From NCBI GenBank assembly GCA_963713615.1, contig CAVQMM010000003.1, positions 1 to 51,694 on the forward strand: 51,694 nt of DNA, read 5' to 3'. How positions within the stretch are numbered: position 1 is the stretch's first letter; each line of letters begins with the position of its first letter. The notes beneath the pieces were generated by a model. The model ran no database searches. It was not told the origin of the DNA and worked only from the letters and a program-made list of their open reading frames with translations. This document shows, piece by piece, positions 10,038 to 20,700 of the stretch. The stretch comes from an uncultured Chlamydiae bacterium (lineage in GTDB: Bacteria; Chlamydiota; Chlamydiia; Chlamydiales; JAJFMA01). Made by a program: the position numbers and the translations under genes.

Positions 10038-11909
10038 ATGAACGACGACAACATCTTCTATCTACAGAAGGACAACATTTATGCCGTGCCGATCGTCCAT
10101 TACAACATGGAAATGGCCGCGCATGTCAAAATGGTCTTTGAAGCGATCAATCCAGATTGTGTAGCTGTCGAACTCGCCGAAACCATGCATCTGCAGCTGC
10201 TGCACGCTGCCTCACGCCTTCCTGACATCAGCGTTGTGTGCACCTATGACCCTGATCGGCAACCCGTCTTCTACCTAAGTGAACCCTGTGATGGTGCTTT
10301 CGAAGCGATGCGCAGTGCCTTAGAAGCACAGCGACCGGCCTTTTGCATCGATCTAGACGTCAATAACTATCCAGAGATCCGTGAGGGTCTTCCAGATCCC
10401 TATGCTATTCAACGCATCGGTCTAGAGGCCTACTACAAAGCCTACCGCCATTCGATCTGCAGTAAAGGCACCAGCAAAAGCACCCTAGACCAACAGCGTG
10501 AATTGTACATGGCTCGGCGTCTCAAAGAACTCTCCTTGCAATATGACAAGGTCCTCTTCGTCGGTGGCATGTATCATGTCGAAGATGTCCTAAAGCTAAC
10601 CACGCGCGATTCCTTCCCCGATTTGCAACATGTACAACGCCCCGTCGTAGAGATCGCCACGATCACTGAAGAGTCGTGCCGCGAGGTCCTAGCCGAACCA
10701 GCTTTTGTGTCTCTAGCCTATGAGGAATCGCGTCATCTACTGATGCAATATCTTCATGAACCATCCGATTCGAGCTCACACCTATCCTTCAACTTCCCTC
10801 CAGATCGTCAAAAGCTCATCTATCAACTCTACAAACACTCGGCAGTCGCCTACACCGAAAATACAGGTTGCGAATTCCCAGGCTACAATATGCGCAACAT
10901 GATGAAGTTTGTCCGCAACTATGCCCTGCTATACGACAAGTTGATGCCGGACCTCTATCAGCTTCTCACATCAGCAAAGGGTTGTGTCGACCACAACTAC
11001 GCCTATGAGGTATGGCAGCTAGCTACCGCCTATCCCTACCTGCATAATGTAGATGGGCTAAATGAGCTCAACCTCTCGATTGAAGACATCTGGGGGCACA
11101 GCAAAATCCTCCGCTTTCACCTTCGTGAACCACGCCGTAAAGGCAGCATGTTTCGCGAACGCCGCAAAGACCGGTCGAAATTTCGTTTTCAACCTCCGGG
11201 ACCCTTTACGATTTGCTCCTACCCTCCTGAAGATGTTGTGGTCGAACGTTTTGGTCAATTCCTCCAAAAGAAGGGCACCCAGATTCTCACCGAAGAAGGC
11301 GCTCGTACCCTTCCCTTTACTACCAGCCTAGAAGATGGCATAGACACACGTGAAACAATCCGCCACTGGCATGAGCGCAAACTCTACATCAAAGCCCCTG
11401 GCAAACCTCCAGGAGGCGTGGGTTCTGTCGTCATCATCTTCGACGAGGACAAGAATGACGACAAAACGCTACGCGAAGAGAAGTACGCCTGGAGAACGAC
11501 TTGGCTTGGAGAGCATAGTCAGGAGTCTGATATGGCCTTTTATGCCACACCACTAGCCCAGAATGTCGTTGGACCAGGCATCAGCCGCTGCGAGTATGGT
11601 GGGTTCCTCATGTCTTACCCACCTCGACGTATGTTTGATGTATGGTCTGATCCAGACTATCAGGATCTGCGTACTAAGGCAGAGGTTCTCCTCGTCGCTG
11701 CAATCGATTATGCTGTTAAGCCCGTCGTCGTTTATGTCGCAGCGACACCACCTCGCAGCCAAATTAAAAGCTTTGCCAAACGTTTCGGCAAGAAAATCGT
11801 CTTTATCCCCATCGGGCAGCTTTCGCCAATTACACTAGCAAAGCTGCGGATCTTCCACGTCCTGGATGGCCATGATAAACGCGATATTGCGGGCGAATAC
11901 ATCTATTAA
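10038..11909 (+). CDS. Conserved hypothetical protein (623 aa), probable partner of the AAA+ ATPase
   Basis: Starts 8 bp after the ATPase stop; N-terminal PIVH...PDCVAVEL and RELYMARRL...LFVGGMYH motifs (TraB/YehM-like by inference); GIDTRETIR motif. Confidence 0.8.
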   Translation: MNDDNIFYLQKDNIYAVPIVHYNMEMAAHVKMVFEAINPDCVAVELAETMHLQLLHAASRLPDISVVCTYDPDRQPVFYLSEPCDGAFEAMRSALEAQRPAFCIDLDVNNYPEIREGLPDPYAIQRIGLEAYYKAYRHSICSKGTSKSTLDQQRELYMARRLKELSLQYDKVLFVGGMYHVEDVLKLTTRDSFPDLQHVQRPVVEIATITEESCREVLAEPAFVSLAYEESRHLLMQYLHEPSDSSSHLSFNFPPDRQKLIYQLYKHSAVAYTENTGCEFPGYNMRNMMKFVRNYALLYDKLMPDLYQLLTSAKGCVDHNYAYEVWQLATAYPYLHNVDGLNELNLSIEDIWGHSKILRFHLREPRRKGSMFRERRKDRSKFRFQPPGPFTICSYPPEDVVVERFGQFLQKKGTQILTEEGARTLPFTTSLEDGIDTRETIRHWHERKLYIKAPGKPPGGVGSVVIIFDEDKNDDKTLREEKYAWRTTWLGEHSQESDMAFYATPLAQNVVGPGISRCEYGGFLMSYPPRRMFDVWSDPDYQDLRTKAEVLLVAAIDYAVKPVVVYVAATPPRSQIKSFAKRFGKKIVFIPIGQLSPITLAKLRIFHVLDGHDKRDIAGEYIY

Positions 11910-11951
11910 CCTTGTAGAGCAACCAGCATCTATGACCACACATAACGACTT

Positions 11952-11997
11952 ACAATTGTCTCTCGGCGCGCAGCGCTTTGGAGTGCGTGTCGCTCTT
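11952..11997 (+). repeat. Partial family C REP (GGAGTGCG type)
   Basis: CTCGGCGCGCAGCGCTTTGGAGTGCG matches the arm at 33747-33800. Confidence 0.7.
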
Positions 11998-12026
11998 AGA
12001 TGGACTAAAGGACGAAAAGGACATAA

Positions 12027-12449
12027 AGAGGTAATTGCAAAATTATTTGAGCCCTTGAGAATCGATTCTCGGGAAAAAAGGTTACCTTTTTTTGTGAGAA
12101 GGCGATTCTAGAGAGCTTAAGTGGTATGGCACTATCCAGTCTGGAAAGACAGGCTTTTCTCCCTTCCCAGGCCCGAAGGGTCGATATTGCAACAGGCCAT
12201 GGCATCGCCATGGTATATGCCAGGAAGGGATTTCGCAGTCTGAAGGACTGCTACAAGACGCCAGTTTACAAACACCATTTATGCATGCGCTTTATGGCAG
12301 CCCTACAGGCTGCTAAAACCGTTTTGGCATATACCATGGCCTGTTGCAATATCGACCCTTCGGGCCTGGGAAGGGAATGACTCTCTCTTCACCGGCATCC
12401 GATTTTCAGGAAATTGACTTCGGAAAATCGGACTTCTGCAATTACCTCT
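12027..12449. mobile_element. 423-bp nested compound element (family D), copy 1
   Basis: TIR AGAGGTAATTGCA; internal inverted repeat 12160-12203 / 12334-12376; inner CCATGGTATATGCC inverted repeat; GTAG-type hairpin at 12234-12254; nearly identical to 33404-34157 apart from that copy's insert. Confidence 0.85.
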
Positions 12450-12472
12450 AAAACACATAAAGGACACTAACA

Positions 12473-13258
12473 ATGCAAAAAAAAAGACACCTCCTTCTTA
12501 CCAATGATGATGGCATCCATGCTCTTGGCCTCAGACATCTTTGGAAAGCTCTAAGTCCGCACTTCACCATTACTATCGTGGCCCCTCAATCTGAACAATC
12601 TAGCGTAGGCCTATCCATCACCACACGCACTCCACTACAAGTGCAGCAAATCGATTGGCCCGATTCCACCCAAGCATTCTCCGTAACAGGAACTCCAGCG
12701 GATTGCGTCAAACTAGCCTGCAGCAAAATCTTGTCGACTCCTCCTGACCTTATCATTGCTGGTATCAACCGCGGATCCAATGCTGGCAGAAATGTCCTTT
12801 ACAGCGGCACTGTAGCAGGAATTATTGAAGGTGTCATGCGGGACATCCCAGGGATTGCATTCTCAACCGCAGACTACGATCGACCCAACTATGAGCCAGC
12901 AGAGGTTATCATTCCGCTTGTTGTAGACCACGTCCTAGCCCATCCACTACCCACTGGTTCTATTTTAAACGTTAATTTTCCCGAACTTCCACTCGCAGGA
13001 TATCGAGGACTCAAGCTCACTCGTCAAGGCAAACAGTTTTGGACCGAAAATCCAGATGAGCGTATGCATCCCAGCGAAGGACATTCCTACTATTGGTTAG
13101 GCTCTCGACGGGCTGTATTCGAAGAACATGAAGAGAGCGATATCTACTGGCTTGAGCGCGGTTATGTCACCGCTGCACCACTGCATTTTCAGGAACTCAC
13201 CGATCATGGGCACCTAGAAAAACACAAAGACAGTTTTGATAGTCTGTTTAAGGGATAG
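12473..13258 (+). CDS. surE: 5'/3'-nucleotidase SurE
   Basis: LLTNDDG, GTPADCV, GINRGSN and YSGTV motifs. Confidence 0.96.
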   Translation: MQKKRHLLLTNDDGIHALGLRHLWKALSPHFTITIVAPQSEQSSVGLSITTRTPLQVQQIDWPDSTQAFSVTGTPADCVKLACSKILSTPPDLIIAGINRGSNAGRNVLYSGTVAGIIEGVMRDIPGIAFSTADYDRPNYEPAEVIIPLVVDHVLAHPLPTGSILNVNFPELPLAGYRGLKLTRQGKQFWTENPDERMHPSEGHSYYWLGSRRAVFEEHEESDIYWLERGYVTAAPLHFQELTDHGHLEKHKDSFDSLFKG

Positions 13259-13679
13259 CAGCACGCTTCTTCGCAAGCTGCTTTTCAAAAGCATCTAGAC
13301 GGTTAAGGCTAGCTTCCTGATACTTCTCGATCAACTCTCGCCCGCCATCCAGGTTGAAGACGCGCTGTAGCTCTATCTGTAAACGCACATTGAGCTGTAC
13401 ACCATCGCTAGAAAGTTCTGGAACCTCCTCCCATGCATGTTGCTGTTGATACTGACGAGCCGCAATCATAACATCGACCAACTCATCAAAGCGCCGTGTA
13501 AGGCTAGGAGCTGCTGCAACCAATTCATCGCGCGTACGAATGCGCTGAAGCTCGTTGGCTAGCTCCTTGGCGATACGCTGTCCCTCTTGCTGAAAATCCT
13601 CCTGAGAACGCGCTCCACAAGACACACACAAAAACAGTAAACACAACAACCACGCTTTCACAACATCACACCTATTCAT
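13248..13679 (-). CDS. Hypothetical helical lipoprotein
   Basis: Hydrophobic N-terminus ending in CVSC (lipobox-like); 143 aa. Confidence 0.7.
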   Translation of the reverse strand: MNRCDVVKAWLLCLLFLCVSCGARSQEDFQQEGQRIAKELANELQRIRTRDELVAAAPSLTRRFDELVDVMIAARQYQQQHAWEEVPELSSDGVQLNVRLQIELQRVFNLDGGRELIEKYQEASLNRLDAFEKQLAKKRAAIP

Positions 13680-13790
13680 TAGTCACAGCAGTTTAAGAGC
13701 TATTCTCAAAAACCACAAGTCAGTGTATTTTTTTTATGCAGACGCGGTCCCAAGACTGCCGGTGGTGTGTTCTCGTGTCGCGGTAGAGTT

Positions 13791-13902
13791 TTGCTGCGGT
13801 AGCAGCAATTTTCCCTGTAGCCCCGACCTGGGGACGCGGCAGCGTCCTCCAGTCCGGGACCCTGGGAATAAAAAAATAAAATCAGTGCTGCGGTAGCAGC
13901 AC
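13791..13902. repeat. Two copies of the palindrome TGCTGC-GGTA-GCAGCA bracketing GC-rich hairpins (family G)
   Basis: Copies at 13791-13808 and 13885-13902; GGACGC-GGCA-GCGTCC hairpin between them. Confidence 0.6.
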
Positions 13903-13903
13903 G

Positions 13904-14563
13904 TCAATCCCCAACACCCTTTGACTCGACAAGCCCCTGTTCTGTGTAGATCCACCCATTTAATTTGCTATCACTGCGAACAGATAACCTAGAACGTATG
14001 GCTCCCCACTGCATAGGCTTGCCCTCCACCATAATCTTAGGCATGCCATAACGGTAAAGATCTACCTCAACCTTATGACCAAACCGACGCATTGCATGAT
14101 CAATCTTGTTAACCCTTAAAAATTGATCAAATTCCGCATAATTCCTCAGAACTATAGCTGGTACCCCCAAACGTATTCCACGCGCTATTGTGGAAACCTC
14201 ACGCGTCTTTTCATCACCACCCAGCTTAGCTTCAACCCTATCCATATAGGCGGCTACATGATCAGCAAAAGTCACATCCTCAGGGAAAGCGTTTAATACA
14301 CTTGGCAGCAGCGTTGAAAGCAAAACAACATCCTCAGCAACACATTCCTGACACTCACCTTCACCAAAGGTGATTATCGTTCGATCAGAGAAGGTGTCTA
14401 TGTGCATGCATGTACCTGCTGATAGGGCTACACCCAAACTCGCACGCATCTCTGCTGTCATTTTATTTGGATCAGAAAAAGTCATCACGTGGGCACTATT
14501 GAGAGGTGTTGTAGCGACCAATAACGCTCCAACCATGAGAAGAAAAAAAATAAACTGCTTCAT
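13904..14563 (-). CDS. Hypothetical secreted protein, paralogous to the N-terminal domain of the giant repeat protein
   Basis: Signal-peptide-like MKQFIFFLLMVGALLVATTPLNSA; GGAG RBS; LGVP...EFDQFL...FGHKVE...MP motif shared with the upstream gene. Confidence 0.8.
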   Translation of the reverse strand: MKQFIFFLLMVGALLVATTPLNSAHVMTFSDPNKMTAEMRASLGVALSAGTCMHIDTFSDRTIITFGEGECQECVAEDVVLLSTLLPSVLNAFPEDVTFADHVAAYMDRVEAKLGGDEKTREVSTIARGIRLGVPAIVLRNYAEFDQFLRVNKIDHAMRRFGHKVEVDLYRYGMPKIMVEGKPMQWGAIRSRLSVRSDSKLNGWIYTEQGLVESKGVGD

Positions 14564-14717
14564 GAAGAAAACTCCTACAAAAGGTTATGTCTCCCTAACT
14601 CTCCTTTTGCAAGAATATTCATGCTAGCAGAAATGCTTTAAGGCAGTATAAAGAACCAGACCCAAACTTATGATCAACACCATGAGACATTAAAAATTCA
14701 ATAATCAACAATCACTA

Positions 14718-17700
14718 TCAATCTTTTTTTAAATTCAATGAACCAGCGGAACTGTCATAAAGTGAAAGAACCATATTCTGAAATTCTTGTAGGTTACTTC
14801 CATTAGTGCAATTTGAGCCCCTCAACAACCCATTCACACGAACCGACCACAACCTTACCGCATTAGATAGTTGAAATTCAGTAATTGTTTTATCGTTTAA
14901 ATCATAGCCCTCGGTCGCTAAAATAAACCAGTTCTTCAGTTCATAATCGAAAACATATCTTTTATAGTACCAATTTGTAAAATAATTTATTACCGGGAGC
15001 TTGCTGTACCACGCTGTTGATTGAGGCTCCCATTCTTTAAATTTTTCTTTGAAGTTTTTATTAGTTAGTTTGCCATTATTCTTTGTTGCACTTAAATAAA
15101 AGTCCAAGACCCAGGGATAAGTTTCATTGAGATATTTGATGTTATCAACAATTCGGCTTTGTTGCGTACAAGCACTCTCAGACTCCGTGACTTGTGTGGC
15201 AATACCTTGTAGCCTAGCCCTGCTCAACGCGTTGAGAATAGCCTGAGCGTGATCCAACAAATTCGTTAATGACGTGACATTACCTCTATCTTCACCCCAT
15301 TTTATGCCACAAGACTCATCTCCGCACGAATCGCCTGCCCACTTATTGTTAATATCTAGACCTAGGCTGCTTCTAATCATTTGCAAGTTCCCATACCCCC
15401 CCCTCGCACTTAATTCGACATTGTCACCAATTTGTAAAGCTTTACGCGCATAGTCAATAAATTGTTGCCGCTCCTCTGGACTATATTTCTCTATCTCTAT
15501 AAGAAGTGCCTCCCAATAAGCTTCGTGTTGAAAAGGTGCATGCAGATACTCCTTTCCGTTTACTTTTAAATAATTCAGATGATATTTATTTGTTTTCCAA
15601 AATTCCTTTACAACAGGATAACTATTCTCGATTTCAATTAGATTTTTATGAGCCTTCCGCCTTCTAGCTTCGATATCATCGTTGATTTTGGTAGTAGCTG
15701 CAACTATTTGCTCTTTCTCTTCTGGTTTTTGTTCGGTTGTAGATTCTTTATTCGTTTCATTGTTGTTTTTATTTTGATCAGCCTCATAAATATTAAGCAC
15801 CATCTGATAGGGGCGAACCAGTAAAGCATATAGGGACGTGCTACCTTCTCCCCACCTTTTTCCGCAATTTTCGCCTTGGCAGCTTTGATCATACCACTTA
15901 TCCCTAAGACTGTATTGAAGACCTAAACGATCAAGCTCTTTATTTAATGCGCCTTTTATGTCTTCTACTCTTGGTTTGTTACCTTCATTTAGACCATAAA
16001 CCTTACTAGCTAGCGAAAGATAGTCATTTACAAGATTTTTCTCATCTAGATATTCTACCAAATTAACTTTCCCAGTTGTTGTATAGATCCAATTAAACAT
16101 GTACCTATATTGAGGATCATTTTGGGATGCGTATTTTTCCATTTCATTAAGAAATGATGGATATAATTCTGGGTATTTAGCATAGATCTCTTTCAACCGA
16201 TCAAGTTCGTCTTGTCTGGCTTCTTCGATAGTCTTCTGAGCAGGAGGTTTCGCCTGTTCTTCATTTTTATTCGACCCATTGCCACCTGTCGCTCCTTTTT
16301 CTGGCTGCTCCGTTGTTGCGGGTTTTAGATTAACAGTTCTCAGTTGATTTTCTAGCTGGTTGATGCGATCTTTAGCGGCTTGACGAGCTTGATCTCTTTC
16401 TGCCCGAGCTTTATCCAGATCGTTTTGCAAGCTCTTCGCTAATTGACCTGCCTTTGCTTGCTCAGCCGCTATGGCCCTCGATACCGCATCATCTACTGCG
16501 CGTTTTTCTCCAATTTCAAATTCTCTATCCTTTTTCTTGATTAGCTCGGTTATAGCATCGCTTTGGGATTTTTGAGTGGCTTCTGTGGTTGTTTTAACTT
16601 GTCCTTCCAGGTATTTAATGCGATCATTCATCGCATTCACTTGCTTTTGAGACTCACTCAGAGCTGTACTCTTTTCTCCTTGAGCATTCTGGGCTTTGAG
16701 CAACTCTTCTTTGGTTTGCGCTAGCATCTGCTTCAGAGCATCTCTATCCTTAGCTGCTGTCTCTGCCTGCACTTTAGCTGCATCTATTTGTCCCTTCAGG
16801 TCTCTAGTTTCTGTTGTGGCTGTGGTTGTTGTATTTTTCAGTTGTTCTTCCAGATATTTGATGCGATCATTCATCGCATTCACTTGCTTTTGAGATTCAC
16901 TCAGAGCCGTACTCTTTTCTCCTTGAGCATTCTGAGCTTTGAGCAACTCTTCTTTGGTTTGCGCTAACATCTGCTTCAGGGCGTCTCTGTCTTTGGCGGC
17001 TGAATCTACCTGCTCTTTAGCAGCACTTGTATCTTCCCTGGCCTTCGCCTTTGCTAAATCTATTTGCCCTTTCAAATCTCTGATTTCTGTTGTGGCTGTA
17101 GTCGTGGTATTTTTGAGCTGTTCTTCCAGGTATTTGATGCGATCATTCATCGCATTGACTTGTTTTTGAGCTTCACTTAAGGCTGTACTCTTTTCTCCTT
17201 GACCATTCTGTGCTTTGAGCAGCTCTTCTTTAGTTTGAACCAACATCTGCTTCAGAGCATCTCTGTCCTTAGCGGCTGTCTCTACCTGATCTTTCAGGTC
17301 TTGATTTTCCTTGCTAACCCTACGACTTTCATTAATAAGCGTTATTTTTGCGATTGTATTTTCTTCCTTATTTTTTAACCTTTCTGTTAGAGTTTTTATC
17401 TCATCGTTTCCCCTGCCTAGCTGTTCTTCCAGGTATTTGATGCGATCATTCATCGCATTGACTTGTTTTTGAGCTTCACTTAAGGCTGTACTCTTTTCTC
17501 CTTGACCATTCTGTGCTTTGAGCAGCTCTTCTTTAGTTTGCGCTAGCATCTGCTTCAGAGCATCTCTGTCCTTAGCAGCTGTCTCTGCCTGCACTTTAGC
17601 TGCATCTATTTGTCCCTTCAGGTCTCTAGTTTCTGTTGTGGCTGTGGTTGTTGTATTTTTCAGTTGTCCTTCCAGGTACTTGATGCGATCATTCATCGCA

Positions 17701-20700
17701 TTTACTTGCTTTTGAGACTCACTCAGAGCTGTACTCTTTTCTCCTTGAGCATTCTGGGCTTTGAGCAACTCTTCTTTGGTTTGCGCTAGCATCTGCTTCA
17801 GAGCATCTCTGTCCTTAGCGGCTGTCTCTGCCTGCACTTTAGCTGCATCTATTTGCCCCTTCAGGTCTCTAGTTTCTGTTGTGGCTGTGGTTGTTGTATT
17901 TTTAAGCTGTCCTTCCAGGTATTTGATACGATCGTTCATTGCATTTACTTGCTTTTGAGCATCGCTCAAAGCTGTACTCTTTTCTCCTTGAGCATTCTGG
18001 GCTTTGAGCAGCTCTTCTTTGGTTTGCGCTAGCATCTGTTTCAGAGCATCTCTGTCCTTAGCGGCTGTCTCTGCCTGCACTTTAGCTGCATCTATTTGTC
18101 CCTTCAGGTCTCTAGTTTCTGTTGTGGCTGTCGTTGTTGTATTTTTAAGCTGTCCTTCCAGGTATTTGATGCGATCATTCATCGCATTTACTTGCTTTTG
18201 AGCATCGCTCAAAGCTGTACTCTTTTCCCCTTGAGCATTCTGGGCTTTGAGCAGCTCTTCTTTAGTTTGAACCAACATCTGCTTCAGAGCATCTCTGTCC
18301 TTAGCGGCTGTCTCTGCCTGCACTTTAGCTGCATCTATTTGCCCCTTCAGGTCTCTAGTTTCTGTTGTGGCTGTGGTTGTTGTATTTTTCAGTTGTCCTT
18401 CCAGGTATTTGATGCGATCATTCATCGCATTTACTTGCTTTTGAGCATCGCTCAAAGCTGTACTCTTTTCCCCTTGAGCATTCTGGGCTTTGAGCAGCTC
18501 TTCTTTGGTTTGCGCTAGCATTTGCTTCAGAGCATCTCTGTCCTTAGCGGCTGTCTCTGCCTGCACTTTAGCTGCATCTATTTGTCCCTTCAGGTCTCTA
18601 GTTTCTGTTGTGGCTGTGGTTGTTGTATTTTTAAGCTGTCCTTCCAGGTATTTGATGCGATCGTTCATTGCATTTACTTGCTTTTGAGCATCGCTCAAAG
18701 CTGTACTCTTTTCCCCTTGAGCATTCTGGGCTTTGAGCAGCTCTTCTTTGGTTTGCGCTAGCATCTGTTTCAGAGCATCTCTGTCCTTAGCGGCTGTCTC
18801 TGCCTGCACTTTAGCTGCATCTATTTGTCCCTTCAGGTCTCTAGTTTCTGTTGTGGCTGTGGTTGTTGTATTTTTAAGCTGTCCTTCCAGGTATTTGATG
18901 CGATCGTTCATTGCATTTACTTGCTTTTGAGCGTCGCTCAAAGCTGTACTCTTTTCCCCTTGAGCATTCTGGGCTTTGAGCAGCTCTTCTTTGGTTTGCG
19001 CTAGCATCTGTTTCAGAGCATCTCTGTCCTTAGCGGCTGTCTCTGCCTGCACTTTAGCTGCATCTATTTGTCCCTTCAGGTCTCTAGTTTCTGTTGTGGC
19101 TGTGGTTGTTGTATTTTTAAGCTGTCCTTCCAGGTATTTGATGCGATCATTCATCGCATTTACTTGCTTTTGAGCACCGCTCAAAGCTGTACTCTTTTCC
19201 CCTTGAGCATTTTGGGCTTTGAGCAGCTCTTCTTTGGTTTGCGCTAGCATCTGCTTCAGAGCATCTCTGTCCTTAGCTGCTGTCTCTGCCTGCACTTTAG
19301 CTGCATCTATTTGTCCCTTCAGGTCTCTAGTTTCTGTTGTAACTGTGGTTGTCGCATTTTTGAGCTGTCCTTCCAGGTATTTGATGCGATCGTTCATTGC
19401 ATTTACTTGCTTTTGAGCATCGCTCAAAGCTGTACTCTTTTCCCCTTGAGCATTCTGGGATTTGAGCAGCTCTTCCTTGGTTTGCGCTAGCATCTGCTTC
19501 AGAGCATCTCTGTCCTTAGCGGCTGTCTCTGCCTGCACTTTAGCTGCATCTATTTGTCCCTTCAGGTCTCTAGTTTCTGTTGTGGCTGTGGTTGTTGTAT
19601 TTTTCAGTTGTCCTTCCAGGTACTTGATGCGATCATTCATCGCATTCACTTGCTTTTGAGACTCACTCAGAGCTGTACTCTTTTCTCCTTGAGCATTCTG
19701 GGCTTTGAGCAACTCTTCTTTGGTTTGCGCTAGCATCTGCTTCAGAGCATCTCTGTCCTTAGCGGCTGTCTCTGCCTGCACTTTAGCTGCATCTATTTGC
19801 CCCTTCAGGTCTCTAGTTTCTGTTGTGGCTGTGGTTGTTGTATTTTTCAGTTGTCCTTCCAGGTATTTGATGCGATCATTCATCGCATTTACTTGCTTTT
19901 GAGCATCGCTTAAAGCTGTACTCTTTTCCCCCTGAGCATTCTGGGCTTTGAGCAGCTCTTCTTTGGTTTGCGCTAGCATCTGTTTCAGAGCATCTCTGTC
20001 CTTAGCGGCTGTCTCTGCCTGCACTTTAGCTGCATCTATTTGTCCCTTCAGGTCTCTAGTTTCTGTTGTGGCTGTGGTTGTTGTATTTTTCAGTTGTCCT
20101 TCCAGGTACTTGATGCGATCATTCATCGCATTCACTTGCTTTTGAGACTCACTCAGAGCTGTACTCTTTTCTCCTTGAGCATTCTGGGCTTTGAGCAACT
20201 CTTCTTTGGTTTGCGCTAGCATCTGCTTCAGAGCATCTCTGTCCTTAGCGGCTGTCTCTGCCTGCACTTTAGCTGCATCTATTTGCCCCTTCAGGTCTCT
20301 AGTTTCTGTTGTGGCTGTGGTTGTTGTATTTTTAAGCTGTCCTTCCAGGTATTTGATGCGATCATTCATCGCATTTACTTGCTTTTGAGCATCGCTTAAA
20401 GCTGTACTCTTTTCCCCCTGAGCATTCTGGGCTTTGAGCAGCTCTTCTTTGGTTTGCGCTAGCATCTGTTTCAGAGCATCTCTGTCCTTAGCGGCTGTCT
20501 CTGCCTGCACTTTAGCTGCATCTATTTGTCCCTTCAGGTCTCTAGTTTCTGTTGTGGCTGTGGTTGTTGTATTTTTCAGTTGTCCTTCCAGGTACTTGAT
20601 GCGATCATTCATCGCATTCACTTGCTTTTGAGACTCACTCAGAGCTGTACTCTTTTCCCCTTGAGCATTCTGGGCTTTGAGCAACTCTTCTTTGGTTTGC

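Noticed and set aside
11866..12380. Short ORFs in element D (also 33391-34240)
   Set aside because: Translations of palindromic non-coding DNA; no DDE or HUH motif
12024..12452. A defined TSD for element D
   Set aside because: TAAA flanks copy 1 if the ends are GAGG/CCTC, but copy 2 has AAAA/TTTT, so no consistent duplication or IS family can be assigned
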